Positions 26,555 through 40,910 of a DNA stretch of 64,000 nt are shown here, one piece after another (position 1 is the stretch's first letter; each line of letters opens with the position of its first letter). Under the pieces are notes generated by a model. It did no database searches. It had not been told where the DNA came from and saw only the letters and a list, made by a program, of their open reading frames with translations. Both the position numbers and the translations under genes were made by a program. The stretch is from the human T2T-CHM13v2.0 reference genome, Homo sapiens. The stretch lies in the NCBI RefSeq assembly GCF_009914755.1, contig NC_060925.1. One strand, given 5' to 3'.

Positions 26555-27585
26555 CCTAGTTAACTCTGGTGTTCTTTTTTCAGGACCCTTTCCCAGTGAG
26601 TTAAAATTAAATTTGTGAGTTTATTAATAGGTCACACAGCCTATTTGGAAAGTAAGTTTTTTTGCCTTCTTGTGAGAAGACCTGAAGATTATTCCTCTAC
26701 ACTACCCTGGTGGAACGCCAACCTTGAAGAATTAGAAATAAGTCCTTCTGCTTCTCCCATGGGTCACTTTATAGGGAAAATGCTTGATCAGGGGAGGTCT
26801 TGGTCTTTAGCGGGAAACTAAGTCTACTCTGTAAAAATTTGCTTTCGAGTGAACAGTATTTTAGTTAGTTTGTAATGTCTTAGCTTTGCAGCTTAGCTTA
26901 GTCTTACCTTTTGAGAAATGGGCTGTGAAATATAAATTATTACATCATTTAAAAATTTCTGGCAACCTGTTTTTTTCCCCAAAACTTGAGGGTTGCTGTG
27001 TGGATTGGCTGTAGTGGTAATTACTGAAAAGTCATCAAATAACAGTGAAAACTAGACAACTGATTAGAAGGGAATCAAGTAGTCATTCAGATGGTATTTT
27101 CGGTAATTTAATCTGCCTCTGACCATATGTTCTAGTCAGCTGAAATAATTTAACAGTGACAACATATATTTCAGCAAGCAGAGATTAAAAACAGCCCATT
27201 TATTTTCTGTTTTCTCCCGCAGTAATATTTTTATGTCTCTGTTAACAAATATGATGTTCGCCATTTAAATTATATGGAAGCAGCTTTGGATGATTTAGCA
27301 ATATACATAACATTTATTCTTTGTTATTATCTAGTTTTATGTATGTAAGCATGTTTATTTTAGTGGTGTTTCATAATTCAAAAATGTTACCAGAGGTGGT
27401 AATTGTATTTATATTGGACATGGGTAAGACATCAGCGTGAGATGAAGCCACATTTTTGCTGCTTTTGTGACTCAATTCTTGGGCTTCCAACACCTCACAG
27501 CCCCTGCCCCCCACCCCTGTCCCACACAAATGACTGGCTAGGTGCAGCAGTCTCTGCCACTAGCAAGCCTTATGGCATTGATAAA

Positions 27586-28100
27586 TGTAGTGGTTTTAGA
27601 ATATTCTAAATATTAACCAATTTTTTTTATTATCCTCCTCTCAAAACTGGAGGCTAGTCTCAGCTCCACCAAACCCGATTTCACGTGAGCTGGACATGGT
27701 GACATGGTTCATTATTTCTTATGAACAGACTGTGACAGGGCAACAGTGAGTGATTTCCAAGACTAGGCCATAAAAGGCATCACCGTGTTTCCCTTGCTCT
27801 TGTATGTGCCCTCTTCCTCATATTCACTGGGGAAGCCAGCCGCCTCTTGGGAGGACACTTAAGCAGCCCTACTGGATGGGCCCCAGTGAGGAACTGGGGC
27901 CTCCTGGCCACGTGAGTTACCCATCTTGGAAGCAGACCCCAGCCCTAGGCAAACCTTCAGAGAACAGCAGCCCTGGCCGAAATCTTTGCAGCCCCATTAG
28001 AAATCGTGGGCCAGAACCATTCAGATTCCTGACCCTCAGACACTGTGTGAGGTAATAAACATTTATTGTTTTAAGCTACTGAGTTTTGCAGCAGTTGATA
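27586..28100 (+). mobile_element. MLT1F-like MaLR LTR
   Basis: gactaggccataaaagg...gaggaactggggcctcctggcc...ttcctgaccctcagacactgtgtgaggtaataaa...ttttaagc. Confidence 0.72.
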
Positions 28101-29899
28101 AGTCAGGTAGCCCTTCTGGATCCTTTTTGCCAATCCTCTGGGAAACGAATGGTTGGACTGCACAGTGCCCTGCACGCATAGATTCGATCAATAGTGCCTA
28201 AGGGGCTTGCTCATCTTCCAGCCACTGTACCTCCTCATCCCCACGGCGCCTTTCCTCCTCCACTCCCCTGACCACTTGCCTTTGGCAACTGAGCCAAGAA
28301 CACTTCTTATTTTTTTCTTATTTGGATCAGAGACAGATTATACTGGGAATATTCTATTAACAACGAAACCTATATTTACACTTAATTAGTTTCCATAACT
28401 ATTTAATAAACTCACCTATTGGGTTTACTGCTTCTGAAAATAGTGTCATAGTATTTAGATGTCATTGCTATTTTATGTACTTAGAGATAGGATGAATTTG
28501 AGCTGCTGTGCTCTCTGATTATGGCAGGTAAGTAGACGTCGCTCAGCCATGGATTCCCGTCTGATTACACTCATGGCCCTGGTTTAATTCCATTTGTGCC
28601 TCTGTTGTGTGCATTTGTAAGAACAATTTGGGAGATACATATTTTGAGGTTTTAGGATACATAATTTTGAACCAGATTAAAATGTCTAATAACAATAGTC
28701 ACTACCATCTGGGGTAAGTTAGTAAGTAGGAGAAGACTTAGAGTTCTCATTCTCTGGCCCAGATGCCATTTACAAAGGGAGCGAAGACCACAGCGCTGTA
28801 CTTTAGGGCATCTAGGTCTTTCCAGAGGCTGCGTGTGGATGCATCCAATACTCTAGACCAAGGGGTGATGCCAGGCAGGGCAGCAGCGTTCTCCTGTCCC
28901 ATGTTTCTCATTTGGTTGGCAGGGCATCCTAGACCTCTGGTTAAACTTCCCTGATGGAATGCAGTATTTGGTCAGAGCTGCTGAGCCCTCCCTTGTCTAC
29001 ACTTTCCTGAAGCACCATCTGTCTGTGGGGTAATCATTCTGCATTCACTGTCAACATCCCTCCTTTGAGGGTGGTGGAAACAAAGCAGAGATGGGTCTGC
29101 ATCCTGAGAAATCAAAGCGGGCTTACAAGATCACAGGCTTTGAATTCTCTGCAACTTTTGACCCAGCATAAACCACATCATGACTTGTCTAATCTCAGTA
29201 GTTTATACTTGTCACTAAAAAGAGGACCTGTCTGTCACTGCATCATTTTCCCCTTAAAAGGGAGAAAACACACAGATCTGTTGGTAGCACAGCCAGGATA
29301 CCAGTGGCTACTGGGCGCAAGAGCCTTCTTCATACATTTGCATTCAGTACATTTCCATTTTTGAGCGGCACTGATGCTAGTGTAAATAAGTCTTATAATG
29401 TATGTAAATGTATGGGAGGGGGATTGTAACGAAAAACTTCCACTGCAGAGTAGGCGAAGCCGGTACAATCAATCTGAGTAAGTAGGGCGAGGATTTTTTT
29501 TTTTCAGCTGCATTTATTATTGAGCAACTATTGTAAGGCCACCAGCGCACTTGGTACCATAAGGATACAGAAGGAATATGACAGCTTTCCTTACCCTCAA
29601 AGAACCTGAAATCTTTTTGGATATCAAACATGGGCGAAGCAGGTAGCAAATGTAAAAGACCCCCAAGTGCTAACTGAATGTATCACCTACACAAGAACAC
29701 TGGGCAGGCAGGGACCCGCTGTGCAAGAGGCATTGAGCCCAGCCTCCTAATCTTAGAGAAGTTAGACTCCAACACCCACTGCCATTGGCAGAGGCGTGGC
29801 TGGAACCCAAGGCTCTGGCTCCGAGGCCAGTGCTGCTCCCCACGTGTCATGCGGGGTCTCCTCCTTTCCTACTTGTCCCTGCAGCATTGGCCTCTCCTC

Positions 29900-30480
29900 T
29901 CCCCTGCACTGACACCTCACCTTCCCTGAGTGGTCTCCCTCCTGCTCACCAGTAGCTTTAATTACCCGGGGCCTTTTCACAACCCCAGATTTGTGCCTCC
30001 ATCTGTTTGCAGATGCCTCCTCTTGGTATCTCACAGTAGCTTCATCATTTCCAAACCAAACTCCTCTATATTTCCTAGCACTGCTTCTTACCCTCCCCAG
30101 CAACTGTCTTGCATTTCTTCTCGGTGGACATCACACCTGTGTAGGAAGTGCTGCAGTCAGAAACCTGGGGCCGTCTTTGATTCTTCTTCCCCTTCGCACT
30201 CCTCCTGCTGCATTGCCAGCCCCTCCTAGCTGCACCTGTCTCCGCTCTGTCCCTCCGGGACCTGGACTGGGTCCAGCATGCCATCTTCCCATTGCTGCAT
30301 TACTGAAATGGCCTCCTGGGCTCTCTTGTGCCCTCTAGTCTGCCCCCACCTTATAGCCATAGTGATATTTCTAGAATACAGGTCTCAGACTATCCTGCCG
30401 CTTCCGTGCCCTCCTGTTTTTGATCTTTCCCTTGTTCCATCTGTCTGGTACACCCACCACCGCTAGTCCCCATTGTTCCT
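29900..30480 (+). mobile_element. L2 fragment
   Basis: Degenerate pyrimidine-rich L2-like sequence. Confidence 0.5.
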
Positions 30481-30894
30481 TCTTGCCTCCCTTAGGTCTC
30501 CACCGAGGTACCACTTCCGTGTACAGCCTTCCTGGGGGCCCTGTTCTACGCGGGGCCTGTGCCTCTGGGCCGTTGTTCCCCACGCTTGTCTGTGGGTGTC
30601 TTTGCACAGCACAGGCCAAGATGCCTGGCCCCTGCTGTGTCTCTAGGAGCTGACTTTCTTAATACCAGGCCAAGGCCTTCGGTAGGGGTGGAGAGAAGAG
30701 AGTGGGACAAGACAAGCATCTACAGACCAGTGGTGGGTTGAGTGTGGGTGCTCCATCAGCCAGTGAACCTAGTCAGCCATCTTTGTAGGAATTTATTTCT
30801 AGTGACCAGACATATTCTGAGATGAATGGTTAGTACAATGTCTTAATTGAACTTTGGCTATTTAGTTGAGGGAGGGAGGAAGCTATCTTATCTA

Positions 30895-31095
30895 GAGGCA
30901 GTACAGCTAAATGACTGAGACCATAAACTCCAGCCCTGAGCTCCCCAGGGTGTGGATCCAGCCTCATACGAACACTAAATGTTCAGTGCCTTGGCTTCCT
31001 CACCTGTAAAATTGGAATAGTAATAGCATTGCAGGAAGATGAGCATATGTGCAGTGTCCAGAGTGGGGCTTGGCACCTCGTAAATACTGTGTTAG
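30895..31095 (+). mobile_element. MIR
   Basis: gccttggcttcctcacctgtaaaattgg...tggcacctcgtaaatact. Confidence 0.65.
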
Positions 31096-31115
31096 GCAGC
31101 AGTCACCATGGTGGT

Positions 31116-31298
31116 TCCTCCTTTTCATTGTCCTCCCCTCCCCCTCCTTCCCCTCCTCCTCTGCCTCCTCCCCTCCTCGTCCCCTCCTCGTCCTCCTCCT
31201 CCCCCTCCCTCTCCCCTCCTCCTCCTTTCCCTCTCCCCCTCCTCCTCCTCACTGTCCTCCCCCTCCTTCTCCTTGGGGGCTCCTCTTCCCCTTCCCCA
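31116..31298. repeat. (CCT)-rich polypyrimidine low-complexity tract
   Basis: About 180 bp almost entirely C/T. Confidence 0.92.
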
Positions 31299-31469
31299 TT
31301 TTTACTGTAGGAGCAGGTATTTAAGATGATAATCTGCAGGTTTTGGCCTGGGAGTCCAGAACAAAACAGTCCTATGTGAGTGACCTCCTAGAAATGTATT
31401 CTTGGGTTTTTATGACATTTTGAGAATCAGGCTCTTATAATTTAGTTTAAATCGAGCCCTAGCCTGTCA

Positions 31470-31645
31470 TTCCCACTCTGACTTACATAAAGGGCCAGAT
31501 TTAGCTTTTTACCAGCTGCGTAACCTGGACAAATTGCTTAGCCTATCTTATGTGTCCTCATTGTAAGACAGGAATTATAAAATGCAGGAATGAGAGAGGG
31601 TCAATGCACAATGCTTGGCGCATAGTAGGTATTCGTAAATGGCAG
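31470..31645 (+). mobile_element. MIR
   Basis: cctcattgtaagacagg...tgcttggcgcatagtaggtattcgtaaatg. Confidence 0.65.
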
Positions 31646-31698
31646 GGCTTGTTCCATCTGCTTGGTACCTTGTCATGCCCTAATTATATGGGCATGAA

Positions 31699-31828
31699 CT
31701 CACCCTGCACTAGTTTTATAGTAGGCATCGTTGATTGGAAGGAAGAAGGGAGGTTGAGGAGTGCTCACCCTGCACTAGTTTTATAGTAGGCATCATTGAT
31801 TGGAAGGAAGAAGGGAGGGTGAGGAGTG
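31699..31828. repeat. 65-bp tandem duplication (2 copies, 2 mismatches)
   Basis: CTCACCCTGCACTAGTTTTATAGTAGGCATC[G/A]TTGATTGGAAGGAAGAAGGGAGG[T/G]TGAGGAGTG twice. Confidence 0.95.
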
Positions 31829-33806
31829 TTACCTGTGGGCAAATCAATCTTATTTGTGGGCACAAAAAAAAAGTTTATTTTCTGGGAAAACACTGATGGT
31901 TGACCTGCAAATGTCAGATAATGACTACAGATGATGACTTTATTTTTACATGTAGAAAATATGCTAGAGTCACCAGCCCCACTGGCAGTGTTCACTTTTG
32001 ATTTTATTCAGCTACAAGTTTAAATGATTTGATCCATTAGCTGGTGTACATAGAAGGCCAGATGCTGGGGTGGGGGTTGAGAGGTGGGAATTATCAGCCA
32101 CAATGCTACAATCAAGCCTCAAAATAAAAATTAATGCGTAATTAAAAGTCTGCAGAGTGTGACTGTGGTAATTTCATTACTTGCTGATTTCGTATTCACA
32201 TGTATCTCCTTACTTTGTAAAGCCAGTTGGTGGGTTAAATTCTCTCACCGTTGCCTATCTGCCAGGGTTCCCGCAAAATCAGTGCCAGTAGTAAATTGAA
32301 AGTTTCTTTATAGCCAAGTAATCTCAAAAGCCAAGTTATAAATATATCTTTTCAAAACTTTTTTGCAGTAAAAATTATTTAAATTGGGATACAGCTGCAT
32401 TCTAATACATTTGTTGCAGCGTGGGGTAAGACTTGCAAAAGTACATGGGGCACTTAAAGGCCAGGAAGGTGTTCTGCTGGGTGGGTGGGGCTTGGACCCC
32501 CGGCTGCAGAATGGTTTCTCTCACCAGCCCGCCAAGGCTACAGTTCCTCCCTTCCTGCCATTTTCACGGCAGCCCTGATGTGATAAACCCAGCTGTATCG
32601 CCTCATTAGAGAAGCAACGGAAGCAAAAGCTAGCCAAGAGATGGGGGAGTCTTAGGCACAGTTTCTGTCTAATTACCGCACCTCTTGAGTAAAAATGCAG
32701 ATTATTGGCAAAGCAAGTTGCATTTGGAAAAAATGTGTCATTTGGCCCAGGCCCTGAGGTTTACCCTTCTGCAGATCTCACTTTACGTTTTAAGTAAAGA
32801 ACCAAAACGTCTCCAGTGGTGAACGTGCGTGCAGCACACAGTCCGCACTGGTCCAGAGGAGTGCTGGTGGAATAAACCCGGGGAGAGCTGGGTTCCCCGC
32901 CCCGCAGGGAGGGATTACTGTTGCGTATCCGCCTAATCGCATCTGCTCAGGAAAATGGCCAGCTGACAATGCTTGGCTCACAGGAGTCTGGTGGGAAAAT
33001 TACTAGCCATGGCTTATTTCTGATTTGGGTTATATACAGAAACCTTTCTTATTTTAGTCACAGAAATCAGATTCCCAGTGGTGGAAAATATATATTTAGC
33101 TCTGTGGTCGTGCAGTTGTTATTTAGTCTGATTTAATGTTGATAAATTAGAGTAAATTGTTTGCCCAGATGAGTTGAATAAATTCTGCCAGAGCTTATAT
33201 CTTATTCTGTTTTCACATTGAGTCCTTAATATGTATCTCTGTTTCATTGGCAGTCCTATTAGAGTAAGTCCTAGAAAAAGCTTGGTGGCCCTACCCCCTG
33301 CTCCTGTGTTAGTCAGTGGAATTAAATCATTTAACACTCTCTGAGGGGAGCTCAAAGGAGCCCTTAGGGAGAATCTGGTCCTAAGATGTCCATAAACCAC
33401 CTAAGATGTCTGGAGAGCTACCTTCATTTTAATGGCTTTAATTTAACCACTCTAGAATTATTTCATTTAATCCACTTTCCCTATCTCGCTTCCCCACCCT
33501 CACAAATCCCCAAAGCCCTGGGAGTTTTTGGAGTATTTCCTTCCCACAGATAAGCAATACAAATATAAAATGAAGAGAGAAATGCAAACCCTTGGGAAAG
33601 GTCATGCCCATACTTTTCTCCCCTTGCATCTTGACTCCCTAACAATTTCTGGTGTGTGGGGTCTTTAAGATGTGCCCTCCCTCCTGCTCATCAGTGCATC
33701 CCCAGGGCCAAGTGTTAACTCTCCTAAGACTCGGTATGTATTGAACTGATGAATGAAGGTGTGCTTGAAGAACAAGTCAACTCATTCAGTGTCTTTGTTC
33801 CCCTAG

Positions 33807-33932
<126 letters not shown>

Positions 33933-35467
33933 TGAGCACGTGATTGGGAGTGGACTGAGCATGGCTCTTGGAGCAGGTGGTCTGTGGGGAGAGGCTGGAT
34001 TCCATAGGTCAGCAGGAGACACCGCCCTAAAGCACTGCTTTGCCAACTTCCATCGGACCCATTAGTGGGTGGTCAAGTTAAAACTTTTATAGGAGGTGAC
34101 CAAAATGTGTTGAAAAGAAAATAAAAATAGACTAAAGTAGAAAGTATATATTAGTATATATTAGTTCATGAAATATTTTTAATAGACTTTATTTTTTAGG
34201 GCAGTTTTAGCTTCAGAACAAAACTGAGGGGAAGGTACAGAGAATTCCTGTATACCTCCTGCACCCCCACCCCCAACACACATACAACCTCCTCCATTGT
34301 CAGTATCCCCCAACAGAGTGGTACATTTGTTACAATCCATGAACCTGCATTGACACGTCATCATCACCCGAAGTCTGTAGTTGACATTAGGGTTCACTCT
34401 CGATGTTACACATTCTGTGGGTTTGGACAAATGCATAATGGCGTTTAGCCGCCATTGTAGTATCATACAGAGTCGTTTCACTGCCTTAAGAGTCCTCCGT
34501 GCTCTGCCCATTCATCCTTTGCTCCCCCCAGCCCCTGGCAACCAGCGATCCTTTTGTTGCCTCTGAAGTTTTGCTTTTCTAGAATGTCAGGCAGTTGGAA
34601 TCATAGGGTATGTCAGCTTTTCAGATTAGCTTCTTTCACTGAGTAATATATATTTAATATATATTTATTTTAATATATTAATATTTAATATATATTTAAG
34701 GTTCCTCCATGTCTTTTCATGGCTGGATAGCTCATTTCTTAATGAATTAACATTCCATTGTCTGGGTGTATTAGTTTGTTTATTCACCTAGTGAAGGACA
34801 TCTTGGTTGCTTCCAAGTTTTGGCAATTATGATTAAAGCTACTATAAATATCTATGTACCAGTTTTCGTGTAGACATAAGTTTTCAGCTCATTTGGGTAA
34901 ATACCAAAGGGTATGATTGCTGGATCATATGGTAAGAGTATGCTGAGTTTTGTAAGAAACTGCTAAGTTGTTTTCCAAAGTGGCTGTTCCATTTTCCATT
35001 CCCACCACAGTGAGTGAGGGTTCCTGTTTCTCTACATCCTCACCAGCATTTGGTGTTGCCAGTGTTCTGGATTTAGGCCACTCTAATAGGTGTGGAGTAG
35101 TATTTCACTTTTGTTTTTATTTCCAATTCTCTAATGACATATGATGTTGAGCATCTTTTCATAGGCTTATTTGCCATCTGTATATTTTCTTTTCTGAGGT
35201 GTTCACTCCTTTTGCGCATTTTTAATCCAGTGGTTCATTTTCTTATTGTTGAGTTTTAAGAGTCTGTATACATTTAGGATAATCGTCCTTTATCAGATAT
35301 GGGTTTTGTAAATGTTTCTCCTAGTCTGTGGCCTGTCTTCTCATTGTCTTGATAGTGTCCTAGAAGATTTTAATTGATTAAAATCTGGCTTATCAATTAT
35401 TTCCTTCATTGTCACGCCTTTGGTGTTTTCTCTAAAAAGTCTTCACCATGACAAAAAGGTCACCTAG

Positions 35468-35806
<339 letters not shown>

Positions 35807-37146
35807 TACTTTGGTGTTTTACATTTAGGTCTGTGATTCATTTGGAGTTAATTTTGTGAAAAGTGTAAGAGCTGTGTCTAGGTTCTTTTTTTTTTTTTTT
35901 TTTTTTTTTTTGGCATGTGAGTGTCCAGGTCTTCCAGAAACATTTGCTGAAGAGACTCTCTTCTCTCCGCTTTATTGCCTTTGCTCCTTTGTCAGAGATC
36001 AGTTGGCAATATTCGTATGGTTCTATATTGGAGCTCTTTATTTGCTTCCATTGGTCTATTTTTCTGTTATTTTGCCACTACCACACTGCCTTGATTACCA
36101 TGACTTCATGTAAAGTCTTGAAGCCGAGTAGTGTTAGTCACCTTTGTTTTCTTTCAAGGTAGTTTTAGCTATTCCAGATCTTTTGCTGTTCCATATAAAT
36201 TTGTAAATTTTAGAATCAGTTTGTTAATATCCACAAAACAACTTGCTGGGATTTTGGCTCTAATTGCATTGAATCTATAGATCAAGTTGAGATTAACTGA
36301 CATTTTGACCATATTGTCTTACTCCCCATGAATGTCAAATATTTTTTCATTTAATTCTTTTGATACCTTTTATCAGAATTTTGTAGTTTTCCTCATACAG
36401 AATTTATACATATTTTGTCAGATTTGTACCTAAGTTTTTCATTTTGGGAGTTTCTAATGTAAATGGTCTTGTGATTTTCACTTCACATTCCACTCCTTTG
36501 TTACTGGTATATAGGAAAGCAGTTGACTTTTGTATATTGACCTCACATCTTGTAACCTTGCTGTAATTGTTTATTAGTCCTAGGAAATTTTTGTTCATTG
36601 TTTCAGGTTTTCTGCACAGACAATCATGTGATCTATGAACAAATAGGATTTTATTTATTTTCTTCCAATCTTTATACTTTTTTTTTTGTCTTATTTCATT
36701 AGCTAGGACTTCCAGCACAGTGTTGAAGAAGAGTGGTGAGGGGTCATCTTTGCCTTGTTCCTGATCTTAGTGGGAAAGTTTCCAGTTTTTCACCATTAAG
36801 TATGATGTTAGCTGCAGGATTTTTGTAGGTATTCTATATCAAGTTGAGGAAGTTCTCATACATTCCTAGTTTGAGAATTTGTAACATGAATGGGTGTTGG
36901 ATTTTGTCAAGTGGTTTTTTTGCATCTATTGATATGATCATGTGATTTTTCTTGCTTAGCTAGTGGACATGATGGATTACGTTAATGGGTTTTCATTTGT
37001 TGAGCCACTGTTGCATAACTGGCATAAATCCTACTTGATCATGGTGTATAATTCTCTTTATACATTGTTGAATTTGATTTGCTTTATTTTGTTGAGAATT
37101 CCTGCATATGGTCATATGAGAGCTATTAATCAGTACCTTTCGTTTC

Positions 37147-37278
37147 CTTTTTTTTTTTTTAGAGACAGGGTTTCACCATGTTGGCCAGGCTGATCTTGAA
37201 CTCCTGACCCCAGGTGATCTGCCTGCCTCAGCCCTCCCAAAGCGCTGGGATTACAGGCGTGAGCCAGCACACCCAGCC
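37147..37278 (-). mobile_element. Alu left monomer within L1
   Basis: Only the left arm plus T-tract; flanked by tacctttc[g/t]tttc on both sides. Confidence 0.88.
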
Positions 37279-39265
37279 ATACCTTTCTTTTCTTAAATGT
37301 CTTTGTCTGGTTTTTGGTATTAGGGTAATGCTGGCCTCATAGAATGAGTTAGGAAGTATTTCTTCTGCTTCTGTCTTCTGGAAGAGATTGTAGAGAATTG
37401 GTATAATTTCTTTCTTTAAATGTGGGTCAGAATTCATCAGTGAACACACCTAGGCCAGGTGCTTTCTGTTTGGGAAGATTATTAATTATTGATTCAATTT
37501 CTTTAATAGATATGACCAGTTCAAATTGTCTATTTCTTCTTATGTGAATTTTGGCAGAGTATGTCTTTGGAGGAATTGGTCCATTTAATCCAGCTTATTG
37601 AATTTATGGGAATAGAGTTGTTCATACTATTCCGTATTGTCCTTTTCATATCCATGGGATCTGTAGTTATATCCCCACTTTCATTTCTGATATTGGTAAA
37701 ATGTGCCTTTTTTCCTTTTCACTTAGTCTGGTTAGAGATTCATTGATTTTATTGATATTTTGAGAGAACCAGTTTTTGTTTTTGTTTTTTTCTGTATTGA
37801 TTTTCTGTTTTCAATTTTATTGATTTCTGTAATAATTTTTAGTATGTCTTCTACTTACTTTGGATTTAACTTTCTCCTTTTTCTAGTTTTTTCAAGTAGA
37901 ATCTTAGATGATTGCTTTTAGATCTTTCTTATTTTCTAATGTATGCACTCAGTACTATAAATTTCTTTGGAAGCACTGCTTTTGCTGCATCTCACAAATT
38001 TTCATAAGTTTTGTTTTCATTTTTATTTACTTTGGAAATTTAAAATCATTTTTTCTTGAGATTTCTTCTTTGACCCCTGTGTCATTTAGAAGTGCGTTGT
38101 TTAGTCTCCATGTACTTTGGGATTTCCCAGCTAGCTATCTTTCTGTTATTGAATCTAGTTTAATTGTATTGTGTTCTGAGAGCACACAGTCTGATTTCTG
38201 TTCTTTTCAATTTGTTAAGGTATGCTTTGTGGCCCAGAATGTGGCCTCTTTTGGTGAATGTTCCATGTGAGTTTGAGAAGAATGTGTACTCTGCTGTTTT
38301 TGACTGAATTAGTCTATAGATATCAATTATATCTAGTTGATTGATGGTGTTGTTGAGTTCAACTCTGTCCTTATTGAGCTTCCTCTTGCAGGATCTGCCC
38401 ATTTTTGACAGAGGACTATTGAGGTCTCAAACTATAACAGTGAGTTCATTTATTTCTCCTTGCAGTTCTATCTATCATGAACTGCATGGACATTTTTATG
38501 CCTCATGCATTTTTATGCTCCTTTTAGGCACATACACATTAAGGATTGTTGTATCTTTTTGGAAAACAGACTTTTAAAAAATCATTGTGTAGTTCTGTCT
38601 TGATCCCTTAAAAATTCCTATGATCTAAAGTCTACATTGTCAGAAATTAATATAGCTATTCTTACTTTCTTTTGATTAGTGTTAGCATGATAGATCTAAC
38701 TTTTCTTGGTAAAGGCCATTCTTTATCATTTTACTTTTAATCTATGTGTGTTGTTTTATTTATAGTGGATTTGTTGTAGACAACATATAATTGGGACTTA
38801 TTTTTCGATTCTCACAATCTTGGTATTTTCTTTGGTGTATTTAGACCATCGATGTACACAGTGATTGTTGATATATTTAAATTCATATTTACTATATTTG
38901 TTATTGTTTTTTATTTATTGCCCTTATTCTGTGTTTGTACTTTTACCTTTCACACTTTTTCTGCCTTTTGTCGTTTTAATTGAGCTTTCTGTATGATCCC
39001 ATTTTCTCTCTCTTCTCAGCATATCTATTATGTGTCTTAAAAAAAAATTAGTTGGTCTTCTTTCAGATAACACTATACTTTTTCACAGGTAGTGCACGTA
39101 TCTTATAACAACAAAGTATTCTTGATTCCTCCCTCCCATCACTTATATCATTGCTGTCATTCATTTTACATCCACATAAGCATATGTATATAATATATAA
39201 AAGAATACATGATGGAATATATTGTTGCTATTATTATTTCAAACAACCCATTATATGATAGTTCA

Positions 39266-39577
<312 letters not shown>

Positions 39578-39742
39578 GGAAAAGTTTTTATTTTACCTTC
39601 ACTTATTCCTTCTTTGATGCATCCTTTCTTCATGTAGATCCAGGTTTCTGATCGATGTTATTTTCTTATGTTAAAAGAGCTGCTTTTAACATTTTTTGCA
39701 AGGCAGGTCTACTGGCAACAAATTCCCTCAACTTGTGTTTGA

Positions 39743-40077
<335 letters not shown>

Positions 40078-40849
40078 TGAAGATCAATCTTAAATGGTAC
40101 AGAATTCTAGGTGGTCATTTTTTTTTTCTCTGAGCCCTTTAAATATTTCCCTCTCCTCTCTTCTTTCCTGCATGGTTTCTGAGAAGACATTAGTTATAAT
40201 CCTTCTCTTTGCTCCTCTATTGATAGGTAAGGTGTTTCTTTCAATTTTTTTTCTTTATCTTTGATTTTCTGCAATTTGAATATGATATGCCTCAGTGTAG
40301 TTTTTGGAGCCTTTATACTATTCTGTGTGTTCTCTAAGTTTCCTTAATTTGCGTTTTGGTGTTCAACATTAATTTGGGGAAATTCTTAGTCATTATTGCT
40401 TCCAGTATTTCTCCTGTTCCTTTCTCTCTTTCTTCTCCTTCCGATATTCCCATCATGCATATTTACACCACTGTAATTGTTCCACAGTTCTTGGATATTA
40501 TTTCAATTTTTTTCATCTTTTTTGTCTTTGCATTTGAGTTTTAGAAGTTTCTAATGTCATGTCCTAAAGTTTAGAGATTTTTTTCCTCAGCATGTCATGT
40601 CTGCTAATGAGCCCATTAAAGACATTCCTCATTCTCTACAGTGTTTTTGATCTCTAGCATTTCCTTTTGATTCTTTCTCATAATTTCCATTTCGCTGCTT
40701 ACATTATCTGTCTGTTCTTGTGTGTTACCTACTTTTTCCATTAGAGTCCCTAGCATATTAATTATAGTTGTTTTAAATTCCTGATCTGATCATTCCAACA
40801 TTGTTCTATATCTGAGTCTGGTTCTGATACTTGCTGTGTCTCTTTAAAC

Positions 40850-40858
40850 TGTGCGTGC

Positions 40859-40907
<49 letters not shown>

Positions 40908-40910
40908 TGT
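40850..40910. repeat. (GT)n/(GC)n alternating purine-pyrimidine microsatellite
   Basis: Directly visible. Confidence 0.95.

Noticed and set aside
31029-31329. Pro/Ser/Leu-rich ORFs
   Set aside because: Translation of the CCT low-complexity tract.
34645-34698. AT-rich quasi-palindrome
   Set aside because: Short slippage expansion inside the L1; common and uninformative.
36404-38402. ORFs with reverse transcriptase/endonuclease similarity
   Set aside because: Fragmented remnants of the ancient L1 ORF2, not an intact gene.
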